A stretch of 63,807 nt of DNA, filler included, from Octopus bimaculoides (taxonomy: Eukaryota): the NCBI RefSeq assembly GCF_001194135.2. It is 5 parts of 5 records of this genome, joined end to end, with 100 filler letters (N's around TTAATTAATTAA, not from the genome) between each part and the next. Parts side by side here need not be neighbours in the genome. Positions count along the whole stretch, not along the records: positions 1 to 25,096 come from NC_068984.1; 4 more parts are not named here. The stretch is one strand, 5' to 3'. Below are positions 1 to 12,586 of the stretch, in pieces. The notes under the pieces were generated by a model that saw nothing but the letters and a program-made list of their open reading frames with translations, was not told the origin of the DNA and ran no database searches. The first letter of the stretch is position 1. Every line of letters begins with the position of its first letter. The translations under genes were made by a program, and so were the position numbers.

Positions 1-844
1 TATATATATGAGGTATTTTGGTTATCGCATTCACAGTCTTAAGTGCATATTAGCAATAATTACGGAATTATCCCTCAGAGAAACTAATAAATATAGAAGA
101 TTATTATTAGTTAATTTAAACAATAAATTGTTTTATACCAACTAATTTAAATAGATAAAGAGTTGTTGTATTGAAGATGTAATTGTTTATATATATTCTT
201 TACAGTTACATGTAGGAGAAGACTTAGATACTTAATTATATACATTTATATAAACACATATTATTATTGTATGTTGCGATGATAAGAGACTATATTGGAC
301 ACCAAAAACTTTCAATTGGTATATGCTTGAGATATAATGAAGTGAATTTCGATAGATGTGGATTGCACTTGATTGTATCGTCCGTTAAAGTGTTTTTGTT
401 GTTTTTTAATTGTAACTGATGTAAGATTGAATAGGTGACGCTCACGCTCATAACACAGCCATTTGAATTAATTTTTACAATACAGCCGTCGTTTCACACG
501 GAATTTCGTCTTTCTGAACTAAGGGCCCTAAAGTGATTTATATATAATGAAACTTGATTATGTATATCAGAAAAAAATATATATATAAGTCGAAACAATT
601 TGTTGGCCTTTTACGGTTTTTATAATTATTTATATAATATCATGTTGTTATACATTATATTCATAGTATTTAATGTAATGTTGTAATATAAATAAATTAT
701 TGGATTGTCAATAGAATATCTCTATATTTAATTTATCTTTATTATTGAATTATACCAATATTCATATGGTGTCCAACTGAAGTACCAGTGAATTGGATGT
801 TTAACACACCCCTTTGAAGGATTTCTTTTCCTCAGTTTGCTACT

Positions 845-879
<35 letters not shown>

Positions 880-1753
880 NNNNNNNNNNNNNNNNNNNNN
901 NNNNNNNNNNNNNNNNNNNNNNNNNNNNNNNNNNNNNNNNNNNNNNNNNNNNNNNNNNNNNNNNNNNNNNNNNNNNNNNNNNNNNNNNNNNNNNNNNNNN
1001 NNNNNNNNNNNNNNNNNNNNNNNNNNNNNNNNNNNNNNNNNNNNNNNNNNNNNNNNNNNNNNNNNNNNNNNNNNNNNNNNNNNNNNNNNNNNNNNNNNNN
1101 NNNNNNNNNNNNNNNNNNNNNNNNNNNNNNNNNNNNNNNNNNNNNNNNNNNNNNNNNNNNNNNNNNNNNNNNNNNNNNNNNNNNNNNNNNNNNNNNNNNN
1201 NNNNNNNNNNNNNNNNNNNNNNNNNNNNNNNNNNNNNNNNNNNNNNNNNNNNNNNNNNNNNNNNNNNNNNNNNNNNNNNNNNNNNNNNNNNNNNNNNNNN
1301 NNNNNNNNNNNNNNNNNNNNNNNNNNNNNNNNNNNNNNNNNNNNNNNNNNNNNNNNNNNNNNNNNNNNNNNNNNNNNNNNNNNNNNNNNNNNNNNNNNNN
1401 NNNNNNNNNNNNNNNNNNNNNNNNNNNNNNNNNNNNNNNNNNNNNNNNNNNNNNNNNNNNNNNNNNNNNNNNNNNNNNNNNNNNNNNNNNNNNNNNNNNN
1501 NNNNNNNNNNNNNNNNNNNNNNNNNNNNNNNNNNNNNNNNNNNNNNNNNNNNNNNNNNNNNNNNNNNNNNNNNNNNNNNNNNNNNNNNNNNNNNNNNNNN
1601 NNNNNNNNNNNNNNNNNNNNNNNNNNNNNNNNNNNNNNNNNNNNNNNNNNNNNNNNNNNNNNNNNNNNNNNNNNNNNNNNNNNNNNNNNNNNNNNNNNNN
1701 NNNNNNNNNNNNNNNNNNNNNNNNNNNNNNNNNNNNNNNNNNNNNNNNNNNNN

Positions 1754-1860
<107 letters not shown>

Positions 1861-2040
1861 TATAAAAGGGATAAGTTATGGTTTTAGATTGTCAAAATAC
1901 CACAGAAATATGTCTGGCTATTTTGTTATAAAACATGGTTATTACTTTGTACGGGAAAACATCAAAAGAGGAAAATTACATACATACATATATACGTAAA
2001 TACTTATAAATACACGCGCATGCGCACAGTTACATACAGA

Positions 2041-2123
2041 TATACATATTTACATACACGTACGCACACATACATACACATATATACAACACATACACAT
2101 ACATATATACGAGCGTACATGCA

Positions 2124-2157
<34 letters not shown>

Positions 2158-2448
2158 AATACATTTATACACACGTACGCGCGCACACATACATACATAC
2201 ATACATACATTCATACATACATATACACATGCATACGTGCGTACATACATATTTATTTACATACAAGCATCCATGCATACATATACATACATACAATACA
2301 TGCACACATACATACATACATACATACATACATACATGCATACATACATACATATATACATACATACATGCATGCATACATACATACATACATACATACA
2401 TACATACATACATACATACATACATACTTACATACATACATACATACA
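2041..2448. repeat. Long imperfect (TACA)n microsatellite
   Basis: Direct reading. It explains the HTYI/MYVC pseudo-ORFs. Confidence 0.95.
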
Positions 2449-4131
2449 AGAAGCTAACCTTCTACCGACCATATCTGTACTAGAAAGCTGTCATTGGGAA
2501 CAGTAGCATACCATACTCATTAGCTCTGGCAGAGACAAAACTGATCCCCAAATACAGAACCACCTATATTGCAAAAGCTACAGCCCAATTGTATGCCAGA
2601 ATAAATGTATAAGATATATACAGCATATTTAAACCTCTTCCTCCTGGAACATTGTGAAACCAATAACATCATCACTGCAGAACAAGCATCTGGAAAGAAT
2701 GGAATCTGGGGATGTACCGAGCAATTGTTAATCAACAAAATTGTGATGTCAGAGGTGCGAGAGCATAGGAGGAACCTAGTTTCAATGTGGCTATAGTACA
2801 AGAAATCCTTTGACTCTGTTTCCCACTCATTGATGCTAGAAGCTCTTCAACTCGCTAAAGTTCTAATGAGCATAGTCAAAGCCATAAGCTGGCCTGACTT
2901 CATCGTGGGCCACCATCTTGAAATTAAACACAAAGAGTGACTATATTATAACTGATAGAATACAATATTGCAAAGCATATTCCAAGAGAACAGCCTCCTT
3001 GTGATGTTGTTTATACTTTCTGTAAACCCCTTGTCATTCATGTTAAGGAAGTCTGAAGGATATCTCACTGGCTCACAAGGAAACAGAAATACCAAAATTA
3101 CACTGTTTTTTTTTTTTGTGGATGACTTGAAACTTTATGCAAACAATATGCATGAGATGAAAACGAGCCTTGGCCTAGTTACAACATTTTTAAAGGATGT
3201 AGGGTTGGAGTTTGGTCAAGGTAAAAACTGTTATATGGAGGTGAAAAGGGGGGAAAACTATAAACCATCAATGATTTGACTGTTTCCCCTATATCTGGCG
3301 AGGAATGTTACAGGTATCTAGCGGTGGATGAAAACATATCTCTTTTTCACCTGTAACAAAACACGTGTTCCTAAAAAGCATTACAGCCGAATAAAGAAAA
3401 TTTGGACCTCAGAACTCTCTGCATTCAATAAAACAGGGATAGAGATGCAGTAAAAGCAGTAAAATGTGACAACCGATGCAGACTTTGTGTAGTTAACACC
3501 AAAGATATCACCCACATCATGTGCGAAAATGTCATCAAAGTATTATCTACCGATGAGACACGATGATGTAGCTAGGACACTCTATAATGAATGAAATCCG
3601 TCGGAAGGATAACCCCGACGACAAAGAAGTAAGAACCCATGGTAAGGTAGAAACTATAGCCACTCATAATAAAAAGAAGTACTGGTGGAATGTCCCAGTA
3701 AAGACCTCAATAAAATGTAAATACAACAGACCTAATATAATGATTTGGAATACAGAAGCGAAACTGTGCATAGTTGTGGAAATTAACTGCCCAGCGGATG
3801 TTAACACGAAGCTGAACATCCGTGAAAAAGAGAATACCTACGCTGAACTATTGAGAAATCTAGGGTTACTCTATCCAGATTACAAGTTCAGGTTTATACC
3901 TGTAATTTTGGGGGCCCTTGGATATGTAACACGCTGCCTAAATACCAATCTTGAGAAATTAAGCTTCTCAAAATAAGAAAGGAGAAAGCTAATTACAGAT
4001 CCAATCCATCACAGGAACTGTAAAAATCTGCAAAACTTTCCAGAAGTTTATCATTTAAATATATATGAGCATGTCTAGATATGCAACTATATGCATGAGA
4101 ATACATACATAAAGCAAAATATACGAATTTA
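2449..4131 (+). mobile_element. 5'-truncated, frameshifted R4/Dong-like non-LTR retrotransposon (RT, CCHC knuckle, REL endonuclease)
   Basis: RT motifs EQLLINK, W*YKKSFDSV, NPLSFML and FVDDLKLYA. Knuckle CRLC...HIMC at ~3475-3535. REL segment RPNIMIW...IVVEINCP...KENTY...IPVILGALG (ORF 3587-3976). Both ends abut (TACA)n. Confidence 0.85.
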
Positions 4132-4157
4132 TACATATACATACATACATACATACA

Positions 4158-4191
<34 letters not shown>

Positions 4192-4205
4192 CATACATAC
4201 ATACA
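4132..4205. repeat. (TACA)n microsatellite at the 3' flank of the R4-like element
   Basis: Direct reading. Confidence 0.95.
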
Positions 4206-4415
4206 AAGGTACCCTGATTTTGATGCTGAAATTCCAATGAAGAAGCCTTGAATCTAAGTAAGAAACCAATTCTTTCTCTATTGGCAAGAAATCTTGAAAT
4301 AAAACTGAACAATGACATACATAGGGAGTGCGTTGCGTTACGTAGATATTTCAAGGGCTGAAGAGAAAAATTTTGTGAAGACATAACAACGGAAAATTAG
4401 CAAAAACAGCCGGAA

Positions 4416-4492
4416 TGCCCACAAGCATATGGCGTAGTGGTTAATGCGCGGGCTACTAACCCCAAGATTCTGCGTTCAATTCCACGCAGTGA

Positions 4493-4566
<74 letters not shown>

Positions 4567-4717
4567 GCATCGAAAGATACCTTAGGAATGAGAACCCAGG
4601 TTCGAAATTTCCTCAGGACACCTGATGAAGTCTGGAGAGTATATCAGCCAAAACGTTGTGTTAACAACAAACAAGATCAGGACAAATATCCATTGAATGT
4701 AAATAATGTAAATAATG
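4416..4717 (+). mobile_element. tRNA-derived SINE with internal (AAT)n and a hammerhead-like 3' module (copy A)
   Basis: A box TGGCGTAGTGG, B box GTTCAATTCC, (AAT)~23, CTGATGA core at 4622-4628 and a 9-bp ATGTAAATA tandem tail. Matches 40757-41008 and 51164-51346 on the minus strand. Confidence 0.85.
4617..4662 (+). ncRNA. Minimal type I hammerhead ribozyme motif (this copy mutated: G12>A and a stem II mismatch)
   Basis: GACAC-CTGATGA-A-GTCTG-loop-CAGCC-AAAA-CG-TT-GTGTT. Stem I GACAC/GTGTT pairs over 5 bp. Confidence 0.6.
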
Positions 4718-5460
4718 AACTCTCACCACCACGTGACCGGTATCTGCCTTAGGACCCGAGCGGTTACGTCTGTCTGGGCTTCTCGCTCTGTCCTGTAGGA
4801 CTTTTTTCCTTTTTCCATTGCGTTACTTCACTACATCCGTTTGATAGTTGGGAGGCTTCGCTCTGTTGTATATAGTGTATGTGTATAATTATTTTCCTTT
4901 TTCTGTATAGCCGAAGGCCCTTTTCTGTTATATATATATATAATTATTATTTTTTTTTTTTTTGTATAACCGAAAAGCCCTTTTCTGTTGTATATGTATA
5001 AATCATTCCTTTCCTGCTGTATTTTCATAACTATTTTATTTTTTTGTTGTTTACGTACAATTGTTAAATTTTCTTTTGCTTGGCTTGTTTGTTTTTATCC
5101 TTGTATACATTTGTTAGCTATTTCCAGAGGCGTCTTGCTTTGGTGCTGCCAAAGACGGAGTGGTATCAATGTCTATTTTTCTGGTTGTCTTAGTTAATTT
5201 TCCGTTATGTTTTCGTCAATTTTTTATATTCGATCCTTGAAATACATACATACATACATACAAAAGTAAAATCTTGAGAGTGAGTGAAGAGCTCCTAATT
5301 AAGTACTCTTAAATGTAAAGCTGTTTCATGTGAAATAAATGTAACAGAACAAACGTATTTAAACAGAAACATAGAAACATGGAGGTGAAACACTTGTATT
5401 AGCAAAAAGTTATACCTGGGTACAAATTCGGCAAGCTTGAGGATACTAACAATATTAACA

Positions 5461-5667
5461 GGAAGGAAGTTAGCATGCCGGGCAAAATGCTTAGCAATAT
5501 TTCGTTTGTCTTCACGTTCTGAGTTCAAAATCCGCCCACATCGACTTGCCCTTATATCCCTTCGGTGTCGATAAAATAAGTCCCAATTAAAAACTGGGGT
5601 CGATGTAATCGACTTACCACCTCCCGAAATGGCTGGCCTTGTGCTAAAATTTGAAATCAATATTAAC
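5461..5667 (+). mobile_element. tRNA-derived SINE, family S2 (local label)
   Basis: B-box-like GTTCAAAATCC and body GTCGATAAAATAAGT...CTGGGGTCGATGTAATCGACTT, shared with about 10 other copies in the window. Confidence 0.75.
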
Positions 5668-6209
5668 ATGACGTATAGCTTCTCCTGGACCATTGATATG
5701 CGCATTACAACTCATCTAGAACAATATGCTTTTGTTGTTCAGAAATAGGTGATAGTTATTAAATACCTGATAAATAAGGGAGACAAGGATAACTCTAAAC
5801 CTACATATTGTGGTAGAAAATATCGATTATGCTGTTCTAGTGTGAATGATATTGCCTATATCATCTACAGGTGTCTAAAAGTATCCAGGAAAAGACCTTA
5901 CAATGTTGTTAAAGCTATTTATACTGATATCATTAAGATTGTTTGGTTTGTATTGATGATTTCTGTCGATTCACTAAATTCTCCCTTCCATGGTGTGCGA
6001 ATAACAATCATTTTTTAAGTAACTTCAAATCTGGTTACCCCTTAAAAATGAGTAAATTTGATTGCCATTGCTGTAGCCTAAAATATATATGTATATATAT
6101 TTACCAACCACATGGTTCCGGGTTCATTCTACTATAGCCACGGGCCGACCAATCATTATACTGATATCATTAAGTCGAAACAATTTGTTGGTCTTTTACC
6201 AAAGGCAGA

Positions 6210-6690
6210 CTAGAACTTTTGTATCATATTGGGCTGATACTGGTGTAGGAGTTTTAATTTCATATCACAAGCAGCATTTCTTCCCAAATAAAGCATCAGA
6301 CGATTTTTGGAAACTTTAAATCGTTGTGTTGATTTTTCCTCTTGAGACATAAAAGTTTTTGCAGGCATGAGCTCCCAAAAAAGCACAGTTACATCAATCT
6401 GTATACTTTCTCTGTTGTGTAACCCCCATAGCAATCTTTTTATTTTCCTCAGCCGCTCAGAATAATTCGTAGCAGCCTCTGAATTAGCACTGCCAGCGCC
6501 AGTCATTTTTATGTTGTGCAAATTCCAGCTCCTCTTAAACCTTATATATCAGCTTAAACCTTTCATACCAACTTTTATGTTTATCTTCTTTTTTTTTTTT
6601 TACTAGACAGAAAACGTTTTTCATTAGAATTTTCCTTTTTCTGCAAATCGCCATACAAACTTTTGGCCTTTATAATTACCATCGTGCTTA
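6210..6690 (-). pseudogene. Tigger/pogo transposase relic (CENP-B HTH end and start of the DDE domain)
   Basis: Minus-strand translation gives IIKAKSLYGDL...WYERFK, then HNIKMTG...LFWELMPAKTF...FKVSKNRL...NAACDMKLK, typical Tigger motifs with frameshifts. Confidence 0.75.
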
Positions 6691-7756
6691 TTGGCACATC
6701 ACACCAAGCGTGATCCTTGATTCATACATTCAAGACCTTTTCCATTTCAAGCATAACATTAAATCTCTGAAAAATAAGGTCCGAGCAGTTGACGAAGCAG
6801 ACTGTTGTGCATTTGATTTTAATTTTCTTTTTATTCTCACATATTATTCTTACTGTAAACGTAGCAATGTTTTGCCACTAAGACTGGTATTTTTTTTTCT
6901 CTCTCGCATCAAGCCTTTTTAAAATAGTTCCTTTCCGCACTACTGCCTCTATTTCCACATGATTACTTCTTTTCAGACATCTTCAATTATAGGTCAATCC
7001 AATAACGGTTGCGATCAACACTTAACCATATAACATATGTAGTAAAAAGAGTAGCATAAAGAAAAACTTGTTTCGTGAGAACAAAAAGAATTGTTGTTTT
7101 AATTCTTATAGATATAAGTATGGAAATGAGAAGATGAAAAGGTTTAAGATGACGCATGCACAAACACATGCATACATATACATACGCACAAACACGTATA
7201 CGCATATACGTATACACACACGCGTATGCGTATTCATAGATATCGCAATTTAAGTATATATATATATATATATATATATCATATATGTACATAGTTTTAC
7301 AAATTGCTAACTATCTTAACTAAGACACTGAAAAGCGACTCTTCATTAAGAAGAAGGTGTAGTTTTTAGATTGTTAAAATTCATCCGAGTTTACGTAAGG
7401 GCGAAATTACAGACTGCATCCCAAAATTAATGGTCATACTTTTCAATCCCGTAGGTGCGAAACACCTTTATGCATACATACATACATACATACATACATA
7501 CATACATGCATACATGCATACATACATACATACATACATACATACATACATACATACATACATACATACATACCTATATATATNNNNNNNNNNNNNNNNN
7601 NNNNNNNNNNNNNNNNNNNNNNNNNNNNNNNNNNNNNNNNNNNNNNNNNNNNNNNNNNNNNNNNNNNNNNNNNNNNNNNNNNNNNNNNNNNNNNNNNNNN
7701 NNNNNNNNNNNNNNNNNNNNNNNNNNNNNNNNNNNNNNNNNNNNNNNNNNNNNNNA

Positions 7757-9810
7757 CGCAGAAAAAATATAGGAAACTTTGTTGAAAATGCACTTAAATT
7801 TGAAAAGAGTGACCGATAAGAAATGTGAATACTCAAAGGTTCGGTTATACTGACTCAAGATTCAATAATATCAAATATGATTTAGATGTTCACAACATTC
7901 AATAATATGAAAAAGGTGGGCCATCTTGTTTAAACGTACAAAATTCAATAGTGTTAGAAATGTGGATCACCAAAGGTTCGGTCATACTGAGTTAAGAGGG
8001 AGAAAAACAAGGCAGAAATGAAGATAGTAAAAAAGGGTCTTGTTTACAGTTTCTGTGATTCTTTTTCCGTCGTGTGCAGGGACTTTCGCTTGTAACGGCG
8101 TTTTTTGGAATCCGGTGTATTTATAATTTTTTTCCGTGAACGGATTTAATTTTTGATTCGTTAAAGTACTGGTGACGTTTTATTTTTCTGGTGGTCAAGT
8201 TTATCATTCTGCCTGGTTGGCTTCCCTGTGGGCAACGGATATCAGCCGTTCCAGTTGGTTGATTCTCTTAAAGGTCATTTTGTTGTATTTACTGAACTTC
8301 GGTTTCGATCGGAGGTAAAATTTCATTGGTCTAGAGTTAGATGACGTCAGCAACTTATGTTTGTAAAATTCCATTGGTCTAGAGTTAGACGGCGTCAGTA
8401 ACTGGTATTTGTACGGTGTTATTGTATAGTGATTTCGAGTTATTTGAATTATGTCTGTTGTATCTGGTTGTTGCTTTTTTTTTTCTTTTTCTTTTTCTTT
8501 TGTAGAGAAAGACTGTTATTAAAGTTTTTGAAATTATGCCTGTTGTATCTAGTTGTTTTTCTAGTGGAGAAATTGGGTCTTTTTTCTCTTTTCTCTTTAG
8601 TGTTTTTTCTTCTTTCTAAAGGATATTCAGCTGTGGTTTATATTTTTTAATGAGCATGCTTTCCTTATTCAAACGGAATTGGATTGAAGTGTTTCCAGTA
8701 CATTGATAGAGAGGGAAGGTTTGGTATTTCGGGTTTATGTTTGCAGGGCAATGGTCTCGATGTTTTCTTACGGGAGTTTTCCTGGTCGTGGGGTCCCAGA
8801 TTTGTTGCCTGTGTACCGTTAGTCTGTCCCTCAATGTCAAACTAGTTTGATCTATGTAGTCTCCACCACACACTCCACATTTAAGAACATAGATTAAGTT
8901 CTTCGAAGCACAGGTGAAGTGATTTGTTATGGTAAAAGTTTGACCTGACTTAAATTTGTATGCTGAGCCCTCTAAGAGGAAGACGCAAGTCCCGTAGTTA
9001 GAACAGTTGCACTTTTTGACTTGTGGAGTTGTAATTTTGGTGGGTAATTTGGCGCTGGTGAGTAACTTTTTTAAGGATTGCGGTTGTTTCTTGTTTTTAA
9101 TAATCTTACGTGTTTACGGTGCCTTTTTCATTGGCAGGTCATTCATAAGGAGGGTATGTTTTGGTGGATGATGTTGTATGCTTCCATGTTCCTCGGATTG
9201 TGTGTTGATACGTAAGATGAGGTTTTAAGTGTGTCATGGTGTTTTCTTGTTTTCCGTAACTTTTGTATGTCTATCATTTTTGCAAGTTCTATTCTGTTTT
9301 TGATTAGACTGACCGGGTATTTTTTATCTAGTAATGTCTTTTTAAGTTCTTGGAGTCGCTTTTCTCGACTTTCGGGATTTAATGCAATCGTGCAAATTCT
9401 TCTTGCAAAGTCGAACCCTTTTTATTACTATCTTTATTTCTGCCTTGTTTTTTCTCCCTCTTCACTCAGTATGACCGAACCTTTAATGATTCACGATTCT
9501 TATCGATCACTTCTAACACTATTGAATTTTGTTCATTTACACTAGATGATCCACATTTTTTATATTATTGAACGTTGTGAAAATTTAAATTATATTTGAT
9601 ATTATTTAAAAATAGTAAACATTGAAACTCTTAAACATGTTTTTCTAATTCATAATTTTAATTTTTTACCATTGATTAACAAAAAACATTGTTGAAACTA
9701 GTTTGGTATGTATGTAAATAAATTTATTTAAAAACAATTACAAGTTTTTCAAATTTAAGTGCATTTTTAATAACAAATTTTCCTTTTTTTTCTGCGTGGA
9801 AATACACCTC
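7757..9810 (-). mobile_element. Penelope-like element: thumb and GIY-YIG fragment (8616-9420) bracketed by inverted terminal repeats (7757-8035 / 9420-9810)
   Basis: Minus strand reads FARRICTI...RLQELK...YP...YVSTHNP and CASKNLIYVLKCGVCGGDYIDQT...RLNKE...KPQLN. The two arms are reverse complements of each other with internal indels. Confidence 0.85.
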
Positions 9811-10789
9811 CTCTTTGGTTATATATATATATATATATAATACAAATAATATATGAGTATATGCATATATACGTACATATATGTACATACCTACATCTAC
9901 ATGTATATATAGATGCATATCTGGGTACAGGACGTTGCAAAAAAACGTGGACAAAATGATAAACGGAGTACAGAAAACACAAGCCACATAGAGAACATTT
10001 CCTTCATCAGCTGCCACCATTCTAAAACTAAGCGTTTCGAAGAGTTANNNNNNNNNNNNNNNNNNNNNNNNNNNNNNNNNNNNNNNNNNNNNNNNNNNNN
10101 NNNNNNNNNNNNNNNNNNNNNNNNNNNNNNNNNNNNNNNNNNNNNNNNNNNNNNNNNNNNNNNNNNNNNNNNNNNNNNNNNNNNNNNNNNNNNNNNNNNN
10201 NNNNNNNNNNNNNNNNNNNNNNNNNNNNNNNNNNNNNNNNNNNNNNNNNNNNNNNNNNNNNNNNNNNNNNNNNNNNNNNNNNNNNNNNNNNNNNNNNNNN
10301 NNNNNNNNNNNNNNNNNNNNNNNNNNNNNNNNNNNNNNNNNNNNNNNNNNNNNNNNNNNNNNNNNNNNNNNNNNNNNNNNNNNNNNNNNNNNNNNNNNNN
10401 NNNNNNNNNNNNNNNNNNNNNNNNNNNNNNNNNNNNNNNNNNNNNNNNNNNNNNNNNNNNNNNNNNNNNNNNNNNNNNNNNNNNNNNNNNNNNNNNNNNN
10501 NNNNNNNNNNNNNNNNNNNNNNNNNNNNNNNNNNNNNNNNNNNNNNNNNNNNNNNNNNNNNNNNNNNNNNNNNNNNNNNNNNNNNNNNNNNNNNNNNNNN
10601 NNNNNNNNNNNNNNNNNNNNNNNNNNNNNNNNNNNNNNNNNNNNNNNNNNNNNNNNNNNNNNNNNNNNNNNNNNNNNNNNNNNNNNNNNNNNNNNNNNNA
10701 TATATATATATATATATACATATATATAGACATACGTGTATATAATTATATGTGTATGTATGTCTTGGGTATAATTTTACTCTGCTTCT

Positions 10790-11415
10790 GATAGTGGGGC
10801 CCTGGTTCGGGAGTTCAAGGTCTTTGAGGAGTGTGAAACTACCCCTTAGCCACTATTGCTAGTCTGATCTATCAGGGTCCCAACTATGGGATAACTACCA
10901 TATGAGGTGACAGTCCATCAGAGTGCAAGGGCGCAGAAATACCCTTTGGTTGGTGTTAGACCATGCAGTAAAACCACCTAGGAGTGAGAGATTCCTTGCT
11001 GTTGTCCCAAAATCCGTCTAGAATGGGACACCTTCATATAAAGCCTACGATTTCACTGAGTACTGGTCATCTCGCTTCTGCTTGTCTGTAGGTATTAATC
11101 ACTGAGACTCAGAGAGTGGTAATCTTGTTGTACAAGCTTTTATCACTATAGACCAGTGACGTACAGCTATCTCTTTTTGGCGACCTCAGTTGTCAGTTCG
11201 TGTACAGAAAGTCCTATGGAGATGGAAGAGTGGTGAAGTGTACAGATCTAACCAGTTGGAAGCGCACAGAAAGTGACAACTTTCGTCGAAGCATGCAAAT
11301 ATGCAACAGGATTGAATAGTCATCCGAGAAGTCACGGACGGAAATTTAGAAATGCTATTGACTACGAGAGAGCACAAAGAGACGGCGATCATCTGTGGCG
11401 ATGGAGCAATCACCA
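10790..11415 (+). mobile_element. Degenerate RTE-type LINE remnant
   Basis: TFVEACKYATGL resembles RTE C-termini. The match is weak and recalled from memory only. Confidence 0.3.
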
Positions 11416-11435
11416 TGTATGTATGTATGTATGTA

Positions 11436-11823
11436 TGTGGAGGCGCAATGGCCCAGTGGTTAGGGCAGCGGACTCGCGGTCATAGGATCGCGGTTTCGAT
11501 TCCCAGACCGGGCGTTGTGAGTGTTTATTGAGCGAAAACACCTAAAAGCTCCACGAGGCTCCGGCAGGAGATGGTGGTGAACCCTGCTGTACTCTTCCAC
11601 CACAACTTTCTCTCACTCTTACTTCCTGTTTCTGTTGTGCCTGTAATTCAAAGGGTCAGCCTTGTCACACTGTGTCACGCTGAATATCCCCGAGAACTAT
11701 GTTAAGGGTACACGTGTCTGTGGAGTGCTCAGCCACTTGCACGTTAATTTCACGAGCAGGCTGTTCCGTTGATCGAATCAACTGGAACCCTCGACGTCGT
11801 AAGCGACGGAGTGCCAACAACAA
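11436..11823 (+). mobile_element. tRNA-derived SINE, family S1 (local label), inserted in (TATG)n
   Basis: A box TGGCCCAGTGG, B box GTTTCGATTCC, terminal hairpins and a CAA tail. Near-identical to 58081-58478 on the minus strand. Confidence 0.9.
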
Positions 11824-12526
11824 TGTATATATGTATGTATGTATGTATGTATGCATGTATGCATGTATGCATGCATGTTTTTCGTTGAGTTTAATTTAAG
11901 TTCTTCTTGAGAGTTCAAGTCGGTCTCTAACAAAACCACAAGACTTTTTGAGTCAGGAGAATTCCTGGTGTTTCGAAATATGCGATTGAGTTGGTGCGTT
12001 GGTTGAACTGTCGATTTATACATCCAAGTGCGTCCATTTATTTACATGTAGGTATGTATTTATCATCTCGTTTTTGTGTATGTGTATATATATATTTATA
12101 TAGGACTGTGTTGTCGAATATGTCCTCCTAATTTAAAAGTAATTTGATGAAAATTAAGCTGCTGATTTCTTGCGGGTCGACTGACTGTGCAAAGATCGTC
12201 TCTCGTTGGCTTAATAAATGTGGTAATTGTTTAGCACCAAATCAACCCAGATCAAAGACTTACGATGAAAAGAGTTTCAGTTGTGAAAATCCTGTCATTT
12301 TGTATGTCGGGAATTGCATTGTCGAATGCATACTTTATTTAAGACAAAACGGCATGAGTTAAAAGAAATTTGTTGGCATTTTCAGCAGCGACGATGTCGA
12401 AACTCCCTTTTTGAACGCAGAAACCAGCCGATATACGTTGACGTCACCATGTCTGTCAGGAAGCGATAAAGAAGAAAACATCTCTGTTTCTGTCTCTCTC
12501 TCTCTGTCTGCCTCTCTATCTCTCTA

Positions 12527-12586
<60 letters not shown>

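Noticed and set aside
180-620. Possible decayed Penelope GIY-YIG end (LHVGE; RDYW..KLS..YN) with CTGATG and GTCGAAAC fragments
   Set aside because: Too degenerate. No hammerhead stems could be paired.
4205-4315. TGAAGAAGCC...GAAAC segment resembling a second hammerhead
   Set aside because: The core C is missing and stems II and III do not pair.
4425-4495. tRNA-like cloverleaf heads (also 11440-11510 and 40930-41000) as tRNA genes
   Set aside because: Acceptor and T stems are imperfect and the heads are fused to repeat bodies, so they are SINE heads.
12439-12446. Full CRE palindromes TGACGTCA (also 8342 and 20940)
   Set aside because: A few 8-mer hits in 64 kb are not significant alone, and one lies inside a TE. 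They would need chromatin or CAGE support.
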